Positions 40,238 to 52,011 of a stretch of 64,000 nucleotides of DNA are shown here, piece by piece. Position 1 is the stretch's first letter. Every line of letters begins with the position of its first letter. The stretch is taken from contig JAANOX010000280.1 in assembly GCA_020184695.1 (NCBI GenBank), positions 744,001 through 808,000 of the forward strand, in the 5' to 3' direction. Below the pieces are notes generated by a model. The model did not search any database. It was given only the letters and a program-made list of their open reading frames with translations, and was not told where the DNA came from. Both the position numbers and the translations under genes were made by a program. This DNA comes from Histomonas meleagridis 2922-C6/04-290x. Taxonomy: Eukaryota > Protista > Parabasalia.

Positions 40238-42835
40238 ATGAATCAACAACAACTCCACCAATATCTCGCGCAACTAAAATTTGCATCAAATTTAAACACC
40301 GGCACATTTTCAAACACCAAAGAAATTGACGATGCGAGTGGTGTCCAGATCAAAAACATCCAACCACAACCGATTGCGTTTCCATATCCATTAAATAGCC
40401 CAACTTTTTGGGAGAAATGTCCCCCGTGTCCGCATCACCAACGCGTCCAATGTGATGTCGGCAATTTTCAAGATCAGCAAATTCCAATTTCTTTACTGGC
40501 GCAAGAGCGCGACAACTTCATACAGCAGAAGATGCAAACGCATTTGCGGCAGCTCCGAAACTTCAACAAAAAGGGCAATATACCGGAGGAAGATAAGGAC
40601 TTGTATGAGTACATAGTCCATAGTTTATTTCTGAATTCACGTCAGCGCTATGTCCGCGACATCATTTACAATTCGTACGTTGCCAGTTCCAAAGGTAAAC
40701 CATATTCGCAACGAAAATTGGGCGAAATAGTTCGTATGAAACCACTTTCACAAAAAGAGAAGGCGAAAAACTATGTCATTCGTGGGATTAGTTGCAGTGG
40801 TTTCTATTTTCCAGTTGGTCCAGAATTTCATCCAGAGACTCCATTTTCACCACTTCCACGTTATGTTATTCGAGATCGCCAAAAGAACAATCCGAATGTC
40901 GATCTCAAGCAAACGTTACCAGTTGTTAAGTCAGTTCTTTCAGTATCTGCATCTTTAGTTGTTGCATCACATGGCTATGAATTCTATTCACAGTTTCGAA
41001 ACAAGTACCAAAAGAATCGTCTTATCAACCATAACTTACAGAAACATTTCATCGCCATTCGAGCGGAACATCAAAATCAAATGATGTCACTTTTCCAGAG
41101 CAAAATTGAATCGCTTGCTTCACTTGACGAAAAAGAGTTCTATGAATTTTGGAAACCTCCGACGTTTACACACGGCATCAAAATCTATCGTCAACCGTCG
41201 ATTTTAGATTCGTGTAAACTACATCAACATCAGATTGAAGGGATGTCATGGTTAATTCACTTGTACGATCACAAAACCAATTGCATCTTAGCGGATGACG
41301 TAGGTCTAGGGAAGTCATTACAGATCATATCGTTTTTCGCATTTCTAAGAGAACAACGTCACATTTCAGGGCCACACTTAATAGCAATGCCCGGAGCAGT
41401 ATTAGCGACATGGAAAGACGAGTTTTCGAAATGGTTACCATCAGCTAATGTCGTTACATACATTGGTAAGAAACAAGCGCGACGTCATATGTTTGAGAAC
41501 ATTGTCTTCCGATCAGATTTTGATGTAATGTTAACTACGTATAGTCTGTTAGAAGTCGACAAAGATTTGTTGACTAAAATCCCTTGGAGAGTTATAGTGT
41601 TCGATGAAGGACATATGTTGAAGAACTCCAAATCAAATATGTTTAAGACAATTGATGAATCATTTTACTCCGAATTTAGAATTATTGCAACTGCTACACC
41701 ATTCCAAAATGAAATTGATGAGTTATGGTCATTGTTATATTTAATTAATCCATATGAGTTTTGTTCATTAGAAATATTCCATAAGTTTTTCAGAGAATTA
41801 AATGATTTACATGACGTAGATCATGAATTAGTAATGCGAAGATTACATTCTGTAATTCGTCCATATTTATTACGAAGAAATAAAGAAGAATTAAACTTCG
41901 ATATACCAAACAAACTTGAAATTACAATTAAAGTATCGCCAACTGATTTACAGAAAGATATTTTGATGAATTCATTACAAGGTAATCCTTCAATGCAAAA
42001 GAAATTAGTGTTAATTCGAAGAGTATCAAATTCACCTGTTTTGTTCTTAAATAGAAAAACTTTTAATAGTATTCCAATAGAATATATAATTGCAAGAACA
42101 CCAAAAATTAGGATTTTGGATAAAATTTTGGAGAAATTAATTATGACGCAACATCGATTTTTAATATATTCACAATGGACTTCAATGATGGATTTACTTC
42201 AATTGTTTTTGAATTATAAATCTTATAAATGTTTAAGAATCGATGGCTATGTTAAAACTAATGAAAGAATTAAAATGATTAATGAGTTCATAAAGCCTGG
42301 ATCCGAATATTCGGGTATGTTATTGTCAACAAGATCTTCTGCTTTTGGTTTGAATCTTCAAGTGGCAGATACGGTCATTTTGTTCGATTCAGATTATAAT
42401 CCTTTTGTGGAATTACAAGCTTCAGCTAGAGTACATAGATTAGGACAAACAAATATTGTAGTTGTAATTAGATTAATGACAAATGAAACTGGTGAAGAAA
42501 AGATTTTAAGGGTTTCAAGGAAGAAATTCATTTTAGGACATCAAATCATTGAGGCTGGAAAATTTAATGTGAATAAGAATGAAAATGAAAGTGAAGCACA
42601 ACTAATTAATGACCAAAGTAAAGTGCCGGAAATTTTGGACCCAACGAATGAACAATTAAATAGTATAATAGCAAGGTCTGATGGGGAATTAGGAATATTA
42701 CAATGCTCAAATAGAGATTGTTATTACCAAGAAAAAGAGGAATATAAGGATATAGACGCTGAGATAATGGATAAGATGGATGAGAACGTCTTCGAGTTCG
42801 CTGATGCTGATTCTGATTTTGTTGATGCTGAATAA
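40238..42835 (+). CDS. Snf2-family chromatin-remodelling ATPase
   Basis: ILADDVGLGKS, VFDEGH, TATPFQN, LLSTRSSAFGLNLQVADTVILFDSDYNP and ARVHRLGQ. Confidence 0.92.
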   Translation: MNQQQLHQYLAQLKFASNLNTGTFSNTKEIDDASGVQIKNIQPQPIAFPYPLNSPTFWEKCPPCPHHQRVQCDVGNFQDQQIPISLLAQERDNFIQQKMQTHLRQLRNFNKKGNIPEEDKDLYEYIVHSLFLNSRQRYVRDIIYNSYVASSKGKPYSQRKLGEIVRMKPLSQKEKAKNYVIRGISCSGFYFPVGPEFHPETPFSPLPRYVIRDRQKNNPNVDLKQTLPVVKSVLSVSASLVVASHGYEFYSQFRNKYQKNRLINHNLQKHFIAIRAEHQNQMMSLFQSKIESLASLDEKEFYEFWKPPTFTHGIKIYRQPSILDSCKLHQHQIEGMSWLIHLYDHKTNCILADDVGLGKSLQIISFFAFLREQRHISGPHLIAMPGAVLATWKDEFSKWLPSANVVTYIGKKQARRHMFENIVFRSDFDVMLTTYSLLEVDKDLLTKIPWRVIVFDEGHMLKNSKSNMFKTIDESFYSEFRIIATATPFQNEIDELWSLLYLINPYEFCSLEIFHKFFRELNDLHDVDHELVMRRLHSVIRPYLLRRNKEELNFDIPNKLEITIKVSPTDLQKDILMNSLQGNPSMQKKLVLIRRVSNSPVLFLNRKTFNSIPIEYIIARTPKIRILDKILEKLIMTQHRFLIYSQWTSMMDLLQLFLNYKSYKCLRIDGYVKTNERIKMINEFIKPGSEYSGMLLSTRSSAFGLNLQVADTVILFDSDYNPFVELQASARVHRLGQTNIVVVIRLMTNETGEEKILRVSRKKFILGHQIIEAGKFNVNKNENESEAQLINDQSKVPEILDPTNEQLNSIIARSDGELGILQCSNRDCYYQEKEEYKDIDAEIMDKMDENVFEFADADSDFVDAE

Positions 42836-43072
42836 ATTTATTTTGATGTTGTGTCAAATTTTTTTAATGTTGTTGAAATAACGAGTTTTTAACGTTCGCC
42901 ATTTCTTCGTTTTAATAATTATTTACTTAGAAACACAACTAAATGCAACGCATATTTGCTCATTTAGGCATTATTAAGTTCGATTTTGTGAATTTAATTG
43001 CGATTTTGTTGTTGGCGGTCGTTTATTTTGAGGGGTCTGTTCGCATTGGAAATATTAAACGGTTCAAGATTG

Positions 43073-45247
43073 ATGACCTACCAAATTAGTGAAGAAACAG
43101 CTAATTTGATTAATTCATCAGTTAATATTGATGGTACACTTGACGAAAAAATTAGGGCTGCTTTCGATGATTTAATGCATGCACAAGAACTTGGAGAAAC
43201 AACACTTCAATTAGTTGATGCTTATAATAAAACAGTAGAAGATAGTAAAAAAGAACTTGAAGAAAAAAGAAGAATGTATGGCGCAATTACAGCAGCGGCA
43301 ATTGATGAATTACAAAATGCTTATAATCAACCACAAAGTTCTCCTTTTCCTGTTAATAATATTACAAACAAAATCAAACAAGCCGATGAAGGTTTTACAA
43401 GGGCTTTAAGTGATTTTTCAAATAATGTAAATTCAAAATTATATCAAGCAAATGAACATTTTGCTCAAATTTCAAATAAAATCAAAATTGCTATTCAGTC
43501 CAAGTCAAAACAATCTGTTGATACGTCACAATTCGATCCAGTTTGTCAATATTTCAAATGTACAATACAAGAAATCCCAAACATTATGGGCAAACTATAC
43601 CAAGCAAACCAAAATTTTGAATCCTTTGTTAAACAACTCTCCGAAAAACTTCATTGTACCTATGATGAAGTCCCAAATACTTTAAATCAGAAACTTACAA
43701 TTTTCGAGTCATTACTTCAAACACTTAATACTGAAGAACCCAATGCGAAAAACAAATTAGAAACCACAACATCAGTCATAAACCAACTCACGACGATGTT
43801 TAACACAAATGAAACCGATTTAATTCCGACAATTTCAAATTTAATTTCTGAAAAACAAAACAATAACAATGAAACAAATGAAGCGCAACTTAAACAACTT
43901 AAAACGTCAGCAATACAATTACAAAAGGAAAGAGATGAACTTCAACAACAACTTCAAATCATTACAAATCAATTACAACATAATCGAAACAATATAACAT
44001 ATCAACGCTTTGATCATTTGATTGATATCATTCCATTAAACATTAACATGAACATTGAAAACGCCCCGAACAAAGATGAAACGATTTGGAAGTTACAAAA
44101 CGAGTTAAACAAATTACTCGAAAGTCTTAACACAATTCAAGAAACGAAAAACAATCAAATTAAATCATTAACAAATCAATTGGAGCAAACGGAACTTAAT
44201 AAAATCAGTGCAGAAACAGAGAAACAAAACTTAGAAATCGAAATGCAGAAACTTAAGATGCAAATTTCGAACAATAATTATAAAAACGTAATCGATAACT
44301 TAATGTATACATTAAATTGTACAAACGAAAACGAATTAATACAAAAAATTAATGACTTGAAAACAGAGATAATGATATTAAAGGCGGGAAACACAACAAA
44401 TTCAAATGCGAACGAAAATGAACAAATAAAAAAATCATTCGAACAACTATCAGATGAATTCTCAAAGTTACAAAATGAAACAATTAAAATGAACACCGAA
44501 TTAAACACTTTGTTGACGCAGAAGAAACAATTCGAAAAGCAAATTAAAAATTATAAAAATCAAATAGAGTCCCAAAATGAAATGTTATCAAATGAAAAGG
44601 CTAAAACTATAGAACTACAACAAAGTAATGAAATGATTAAATCAGATCTTGAAATTGCACAACAAAAAATTTTAAATCTTCAAGAAAACATAAATTCGTA
44701 TGTAAACTTGTCAAATCAGTTCTCAGAAAAACTGAACCACTTTTCAATGAAAAACAATAGCAATTCAAAAATTGTTAACAGTTTGAGTAATATATTCACT
44801 CAATTTTCTTTCGGAATATTTTCAAATCAAAATTTTGACGAATTCATCAACTTAATCTCAAAAATTGAAAACAAGCCGGTTTTGAACACAAATTACATAA
44901 ATTCTGTACATCGAAATCTGACAAGAATTGAAAGCATATTTGGCGACTTTTTGAGCAGGGTTCTGAATTATGTGGCGGCCATTCAAAATTCAATGACAAG
45001 TTTAAACGAAAAAATTTTTGATGTGTTCGACCAAAATAGAGAAATGAAAGAACAAATAAATGAAATGCTAAACGATGATTTGGCACCTAGGTTATCATTT
45101 TATATGGAAAGGCTTAAGGGTGCTGAAGAAGAGATTAGAGCATTGAGAGCGGAGATGAACGGGAGAAGGAGAGGGCAAAGCTTTGACGGATATAGTCCAT
45201 CAACAGAAGAAGTGTTTGAAAATATTATACAAAGCAGATTTACATAA
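43073..45247 (+). CDS. Long coiled-coil protein of unknown function
   Basis: About 724 aa from ATG 43073, rich in heptad E/Q/K/N/L residues. Confidence 0.7.
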   Translation: MTYQISEETANLINSSVNIDGTLDEKIRAAFDDLMHAQELGETTLQLVDAYNKTVEDSKKELEEKRRMYGAITAAAIDELQNAYNQPQSSPFPVNNITNKIKQADEGFTRALSDFSNNVNSKLYQANEHFAQISNKIKIAIQSKSKQSVDTSQFDPVCQYFKCTIQEIPNIMGKLYQANQNFESFVKQLSEKLHCTYDEVPNTLNQKLTIFESLLQTLNTEEPNAKNKLETTTSVINQLTTMFNTNETDLIPTISNLISEKQNNNNETNEAQLKQLKTSAIQLQKERDELQQQLQIITNQLQHNRNNITYQRFDHLIDIIPLNINMNIENAPNKDETIWKLQNELNKLLESLNTIQETKNNQIKSLTNQLEQTELNKISAETEKQNLEIEMQKLKMQISNNNYKNVIDNLMYTLNCTNENELIQKINDLKTEIMILKAGNTTNSNANENEQIKKSFEQLSDEFSKLQNETIKMNTELNTLLTQKKQFEKQIKNYKNQIESQNEMLSNEKAKTIELQQSNEMIKSDLEIAQQKILNLQENINSYVNLSNQFSEKLNHFSMKNNSNSKIVNSLSNIFTQFSFGIFSNQNFDEFINLISKIENKPVLNTNYINSVHRNLTRIESIFGDFLSRVLNYVAAIQNSMTSLNEKIFDVFDQNREMKEQINEMLNDDLAPRLSFYMERLKGAEEEIRALRAEMNGRRRGQSFDGYSPSTEEVFENIIQSRFT

Positions 45248-45540
45248 TGTGTTTATATATAAATGTGTTGAAATTTAATTTTTGTTATTGCTATAACTTG
45301 GTCTTCCGCTTATAGATATAATGCTAATTAATGTTAGCAGAAATAATATTTTAAAGAAATATTTGGAAATTCAAATCTATTTTTTGAATGAAACTTTATT
45401 ATAATTTTTGTGTACATTCTTTTAAATCTCTACATTTTATCGAAATACTTGGAAAAATCAATGTATGAATTAGAGAATTGCTTTATTTTGTGCGATAAAA
45501 AAAGTTTTTAGTGTTAATGAAATGTGATATGAAAATTCAG

Positions 45541-46479
45541 ATGCAGGAATTCTTCCAATCTGTGCATTTTGGGACAAGATTCCTTATAATTTTCATGGTG
45601 ATTATTTATATAATCCAACTTGGATTTTTCGATTCAACAATTACATCATATCTTACATTTTCTCCTACGAAAATTATTCATGGGGAAGTTTGGCGAATGT
45701 TTACAGCAGTTTTCATGCATGGTGGAATACTCCACCTTATAATGAACATGATGAGCTTTGTATCTCTTGGTATTTCATTAGAATCAAAAATTGGTACTCT
45801 TTCATTTTTTTATCATATATTCCTTTTTTGTATTCTCACGAGTCTTATTCACATAGCCATTGCTGCCTTTATGAAACTTGGTGGTGAACCATCAGAATTT
45901 CAATCTCATGCCCTTGGCTTTTCAGGTATTTTGTTTGCACTCATTGTCATTGACATATACATTGAAGGTGGACCATATCGTTCATTTTTCAGCCTATTTC
46001 TCATTCCATCATATTTATATCCATGGGTTATGTTACTTTTCATGCAACTTATTTTAGGAAATGTTTCCTTCCTAGGCCACCTTTCTGGCCTTCTTGTTGG
46101 TTATTTGTACCAATTCGGAATTGTCAAAATTTTGACTCCTCCGAAAAGTGCCTTTTTATGGCTCGAAAATCGAATTTGCCACTGCTGCATTGACAGGCTT
46201 GGGTATGTTCCTGTTGAGGGCGTTCGTAACTTTGTTTATCGCCCATATGCTGTGTTTCAGCACACTTGGGGCGATGAAGAAGAAGAAAATAATAACAATA
46301 ATGGGAACCAGCAAAACAATAATAACAACAATGCATTCACTGGTCAACCACATACTATTGGCGATGCAAATACAGATACAAACGGAATGAATAACAACGT
46401 GGATGATTTGAATATCGAAGACGATGATGGACTTGAGAATTTAGAGATAGGCGGAAGCGATAGAGATAGCCCAAAATGA
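45541..46479 (+). CDS. Rhomboid-family intramembrane serine protease (RHBDD1-like)
   Basis: WRMFT, HGGILHLIMNM, catalytic GFSG, FLGHLSG and an N-rich acidic tail. Confidence 0.9.
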   Translation: MQEFFQSVHFGTRFLIIFMVIIYIIQLGFFDSTITSYLTFSPTKIIHGEVWRMFTAVFMHGGILHLIMNMMSFVSLGISLESKIGTLSFFYHIFLFCILTSLIHIAIAAFMKLGGEPSEFQSHALGFSGILFALIVIDIYIEGGPYRSFFSLFLIPSYLYPWVMLLFMQLILGNVSFLGHLSGLLVGYLYQFGIVKILTPPKSAFLWLENRICHCCIDRLGYVPVEGVRNFVYRPYAVFQHTWGDEEEENNNNNGNQQNNNNNNAFTGQPHTIGDANTDTNGMNNNVDDLNIEDDDGLENLEIGGSDRDSPK

Positions 46480-46754
46480 CTTTTTATTTTAAATTTGTTC
46501 CAAAGAATTAAAAAATTAATGTTATTTTATTTTTATATCTTTCGTTGAACTCATTTACATAATTTATTTAATTCGAATGTTCTTCAACATTACGAATGAA
46601 TACTTTACATTGCATATTGAAATTTCTGTTAAAAACGAATAAAAATTGGGCCCCATAAAATTGAATCAAGAATGATCGCATTAGAACCCTCGAACAAAGG
46701 GTAATTTTGAATCGTCAAATTGAACGATACAGAAAAAATATTTCATTTTCTTTA

Positions 46755-49397
46755 ATGCAAAACTTACTCACTTTGGAAAAGGAAATTTTTCAACTGGATG
46801 AAAATAATCTAGAGACATGCGTTGAATCAGTTATCCAATTATTTGGCTCATTTTCTGAAAATCCATATTCTTATAATCTAATCATTTGTCAACTTGTTTA
46901 TTATTCTTTTGTTTCAAAAACACAAGACGCCCAAGTTTATATCAGTTTTTTGAATGAAATTGACAAACAAGAAGAAAAATGTTCAACAGTTGAACATAAG
47001 ATCATCACCATTTTTTCGCAATTTCTTCTTCGTATTAAATCCAAAGAATCTATTTATCTTCTTGAGAAAATGCTTGAAAATAAACTAATAGATCCCGAAT
47101 TAATCAAAAACAAAGCTACGTTATACTTTTCGCATTATAAAACTAAAGATGATATACCAAAAGAAAATTTACAATACAGTAATCAATTCTTTACAAACAA
47201 AGAAGAACTTGAAAAAGATGATTGGAAACTTCATAAAAAGCTTGTAGAAGATGGAGTTAATCCATTAGATATTGCACAAGCACTTCGTAATGATGACATT
47301 GATAAACTTCAAGAAATTGCAACACAAAGTAACTTTAATTTTAATCAATCAATTGAACCATCACTTTATGAAAGGTTTTCATATGTAAGTAGATATAATG
47401 TTACACTTATTGATTATGCAGCATTTTTCGGATCAATTAAATGTTTCAAATATTTAATGTTAAATGGCGCGAATTTACAAAGCACTGGAAAATATGCAGT
47501 ATTAGGTGGAAATCATGAAATTATACATTTATGTGAGCAAAGCAATGCTTCTTTTGTCGGATCTTATGAAGCTGCAATTGAATTACATCGAAATGAAATA
47601 TTTTATTATCTTTATGATCAAAAATTAATCGAAATTAATTTAATCGATTTGGGTATTAAATGTATCCAATTTTCTAATTTTGAAATTCTTTCGTTCCTTA
47701 TGAATGAAGGATTAACTATTAATGAGAAAATTATTGAAGAAGCTGCTAAAGTTGGAAATATTTATCTCTTCAATATGTTTAATAAAGAAAATAAAGTAAT
47801 TAATGAACTTTTGCAATTTTCGGTTCAATCAGGTAATATTGAACTTGTTCAACAAATTATAAAAATGGACGGAATTAAAATAAATGAAATTTATTATCAT
47901 TTATTGATGTTAAAATTTATATTTCTGGTGTTTATATTAGATTTAAAATATAGCACTTATAATCGCTTGCGAAAATGAATGTACTGATGTTGTTAAATTA
48001 CTTCTTAAACAAGAAGGAATTGATATCAATTTCAAAAATGTTTTTTTAAATTAATTTGAAATTTGTTTATAATTTTTGAAATTTATTTTTTATATTTGAT
48101 AATTCACCTCTTATTATTGCATGTAAGAATGGATATTATGATGTTATGCAAATTCTTCTTGAACAAGATGGAATTGATGTAAATATTAAAAATATTTTTA
48201 TCATTTTATTTAAAGTTTATATTAAGAAATCGAAGTTTTATATTATTATTCGGAATTAATTTGTGTTACATAAAACAGCGCTAATTATATCATCTGAAAG
48301 TGGTTATTCTAACATTGTGAAATTACTTCTTATGCATAAAGGAATTGATATTAATGCACAAGATAATTTTTATATGAAAAAATTGAAGTTAACATTTAAT
48401 ATTTGGAATTTAATCAAATAATTTTGTACTTCTTTAATGTTTGCATGTGATAATGGATATACCGAAGTTGTTAAATTACTTCTTGCTGAACCTGCATTAG
48501 ATGTTAATCTTAAAGATATATATTTTTATTACTTCAAATTTGCTTCTTTTATTTGATGATTTTTTGAGTTATGTAATAATTATTTTCTTTATTTTGGGTA
48601 GCATTTACTTATGCATGTAGAAGAAATAATGATCAAATTATTAAATTACTTCTTGGAAAAGAAGGAATTGATATTAATGTAAAAGATATTAATTTAATAA
48701 TTTCATAGTTTGATCAATATTTTTACTTTTTCATTTTTAATTTTGGAGTTAATTTATTTTGTTGCTAACACCATTTATTTGTGCTTGTCGTGATGGAAAT
48801 ATTGAAACTGTAAAAATACTTCTTGAGCAAAAGGAAATTGATATAATGGCTAAAAATGTTTATTTATTTCTTTTAATATTTCTTGGATTTTTATAACGTT
48901 TAAATTATGCTTTTGGTATTTATTTAAATGATTTTGGACAGGAATTGTTTATGCATGCAGAAATAAACATAATGAAATTGTTAAATTGTTACTTGAACAA
49001 GAAGGTTTCGATGTAAATATGAAAGATATTTATGTTGATAATTTAACGTTTATTTTAATTTTTTAATGTTTTATTGGAATTTTTGGAGTTTGTTTAAAGG
49101 ATTTTATACTTTGCTAATTCATGCATGTGATATCGGAAATTTGGAAGTTGTTAAAATACTTGTTGAACAAGATAAAATTGATATTAATATTAAAGATGTT
49201 ATTTTATTTAGTTTGAAGTTTTAATCAAAGATTTGCTATTTGAATCATTAATTTGAAATTTATATTTAATGTTTCTTACAGCAATTACACATGCATTTGA
49301 AAAAGGTCACATAGACATTGTAAAGTTCCTCATCCAACAAAAAGGAATAGAAGTAGAGGAACGCATTAGAGCAAACATTGAAAACCAAAATAATTAA
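46755..49397 (+). CDS. DUF3447-type ankyrin-repeat gene whose C-terminal repeats are each interrupted by 51-69 nt non-coding spacers
   Basis: Open frame to 47978 (DDWKLHKK, LRNDDIDKLQ, LIDYAAFFGSIKCFKYLMLN), then nine stop-free 31-codon ankyrin blocks starting at 47950, 48104, 48275, 48428, 48598, 48768, 48938, 49108 and 49278; terminal TAA at 49397. Confidence 0.8.
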
Positions 49398-49488
49398 AAA
49401 GCTCATCAAAACTATCTTTGTATTTTTATTTATCATATGATCATATAACGAATATTATTGATTTTGATTGTTGAGTATTTTCCTTATG

Positions 49489-49491
<3 letters not shown>

Positions 49492-49518
<27 letters not shown>
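49492..49518. repeat. (AT)n microsatellite
   Basis: About 13 AT units. Confidence 0.85.
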
Positions 49519-49524
<6 letters not shown>

Positions 49525-49959
49525 TATAATATTACATTATATTATGTTATTCGATATTCATAATGAAAAAGGCTTGACAAAATGTTTTTCGATTGTTTTT
49601 TTGAAAATTATTCCTATATTTCATAATGAAATTTTAAGCAATATATTGGCCATTTTATTGTATGCCTTGTAATTTTGCTAATTTTTTGAATTGCTCAGTA
49701 TATCTTGATAAAGTCAATAATGGGTTTTTCTTCTTTGTAAACATCAAATTTTTGAATTAACCGTCAATGAGTGGACCGTTAAAAAATATCTTGAAAAAGT
49801 GTTTTTATTTCAATACTTTATGTGGATACGATTGAAATATACTGATTTTTTAAATAAAATAGATCAGAAATATTTTTTTTAAAAAATTAATATATAAATC
49901 AATATATGCTATTAAAAAATATAACTATTTATGCATATCATAATTTCTAATTATTTATA

Positions 49960-50240
49960 GAAATTATAAGAAAAATCAATCCGAGCATATCATGGTTGAA
50001 AATGAAATAATTGATTCAGAAATATGTAAATTGAAAAAAACTTTATAAAAAGAAATTATAAATCTAAATTCAACGAATTCTCAGATAACTTTTTTCAAAA
50101 CATTAATGAACTATCAAAGAATGATTGGGAACTTCATAAAAATATAATAAAGAAGGACATAACCCAATTAAAAATAATTCGTAATGATGAAATAGAACAA
50201 CTTCAAGAAATATCATCACAAATTCCGAATATAAAAACAT
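49960..50240 (+). pseudogene. Fragment of a second DUF3447/ankyrin gene
   Basis: SKNDWELHKNIIKEGHNP and IIRNDEIEQLQEIS match the upstream gene (DDWKLHKKLVEDGVNP, LRNDDIDKLQEIA); ends at the actin stop codon. Confidence 0.6.
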
Positions 50241-51357
50241 TTAGAAACACTTACGATGAACAATTCCCGGTCCTGATTCTTCGTATTCTTCACGTGTTAT
50301 AACCATCTGTGGGAATGTAGAGAGTGACGCAAGTTTACATCCTCCAATCCACGCAGAATATTTGCGTTCTGGTGGTGAAACAACATTGATCTTCATCGTA
50401 GTTGGTGCAAGATTAAGCATTTCGTTCTGCAAATCCTTCAAACATCGTGTTGCCTCCTGATAGAAGAATGTTCCCAAAGAGATCCTTGCGGACATCAGCG
50501 CCGCATTCCATAATGGATGCAAAAAGATATTGATCAATGCCGTCGAAGTCAAATCCTCCAAAATATGGTCTAAAAAGAAGTTCCGTACATCTGAAGCGCT
50601 CATTTCCAATGCTGATGACGTCACCATTTGGAAGTGCGTATGAGATATCACATTCGGATGTTGTGTCTGCTTTTGCAAGTTCTTCATCATAATCAAGTGC
50701 AACGTATGCAATGATTTCTTTGATGTCACGAACAATTTTCCTTTCATTGAATGTGGTAAGAAGATAGCCACGTTGGATAAGGATCTTTTGGAGATATGAC
50801 GTAATGTCACGACCGGCAAGATTGAAACCCTTAATGGCGTGCGGGAAAGAGTAACCTTCGTAAATTGGAACTGCGAAAGAAGCACCATCACCTGACTCTA
50901 AAACAACACCAGTGACACAATCTGTTGAATAAAGGGAAAGAACAGGTTGCGTACAAATGTAGCATGCTGGAACATTGAATGTTTCGAAATGAATTTGAAG
51001 CATCTTTTCACGCATCCCTTTTGGACTCGTTGGAGCTTCTGTAAGAAGAACTGCATACTCTGCTGGATCAACACGTAATTCGTTGTAGAAGGCATGGCAC
51101 CATATCTTTTCCATTTTGTCCCAGTTTGTAACAAAACCATGTTCAATCGGGTACTTGAGGATAAGAAGACCTGCCTTATCGAAAGCTTCATTACCAATAT
51201 ATGAATCGCGTAAATTGGAATTCCAATATGTTGCAACATATTTTGGGAAGCCAACAACAGAAGGGAAAATTGCGCGTGGTGCTTCTTCATTAGAAAAACC
51301 GACCTTACACGTATCAGAACCATTGTCAATAATTATTGTTTGATTGTTTTCATCCAT
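50241..51357 (-). pseudogene. Divergent actin paralog with a deletion of about 11 nt that shifts the frame near 50425
   Basis: [35 protein letters not shown] and [10 protein letters not shown]; FAER joins directly to EMLNLAP. Confidence 0.8.
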
Positions 51358-51462
51358 GACAAATTGCTGTTTTTTTTTATTTGTAATTTCTCAAAATTTT
51401 TAGTTCTGAAAAAAAAGTTCTTATTATGTCACTTTTATGTAATATATCGGACCATTTCTCCA

Positions 51463-52011
51463 ATGAGCGGTAAAATCATTCGCCCAAAAACATTTTTTGA
51501 TATAAAGATAGATGACAAAGACATTGGAAGGATTGTTTTTGAATTGTTTGCTGATTGGGTTCCAAAGACAACTGAAAATTTCCGTGCAATATGTACTGGA
51601 GAAAAAGGAGAAGGTAAATCAAAGAAACCTCTCCATTACAAAGGCTCAAAATTCCACCGTATTATTCCACAATTTATGATTCAAGGAGGAGATTTCACAA
51701 GAGGAAATGGAACTGGTGGTGAATCAATATATGGAGAAAGATTTGAGGATGAGAATTTTGAAATTCCACATCAAATTCCTGGGCTTGTATCAATGGCGAA
51801 TGCTGGACCAAATACAAATGGAAGTCAATTCTTCATCACAACAGTTCCTTGCCCTTGGCTTGATGGACACCATGTTGTGTTTGGACGAGTAATAGAAGGA
51901 ATGGATATTGTCAAGGAAATTGAAAAACAAGGTTCACCAAGTGGAATTCCAAAAGCAGTTTGTGAAATTTATAACTGTGGAGAAATCCAACCAGAAGTAA
52001 AGAAAATATGA
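51463..52011 (+). CDS. Cyclophilin-type peptidyl-prolyl isomerase
   Basis: [49 protein letters not shown] and [10 protein letters not shown]. Confidence 0.97.
   Translation: MSGKIIRPKTFFDIKIDDKDIGRIVFELFADWVPKTTENFRAICTGEKGEGKSKKPLHYKGSKFHRIIPQFMIQGGDFTRGNGTGGESIYGERFEDENFEIPHQIPGLVSMANAGPNTNGSQFFITTVPCPWLDGHHVVFGRVIEGMDIVKEIEKQGSPSGIPKAVCEIYNCGEIQPEVKKI

Noticed and set aside
47890-49290. Canonical GT-AG introns in the ankyrin tail (e.g. cttacag at 49281)
   Set aside because: The AG dinucleotides come from the Thr-Ala codons of the TAL motif and are absent in 4 of 9 junctions; there is no consistent GT donor; the best GT-AG pair in spacer 1 (32 nt) does not restore the frame.
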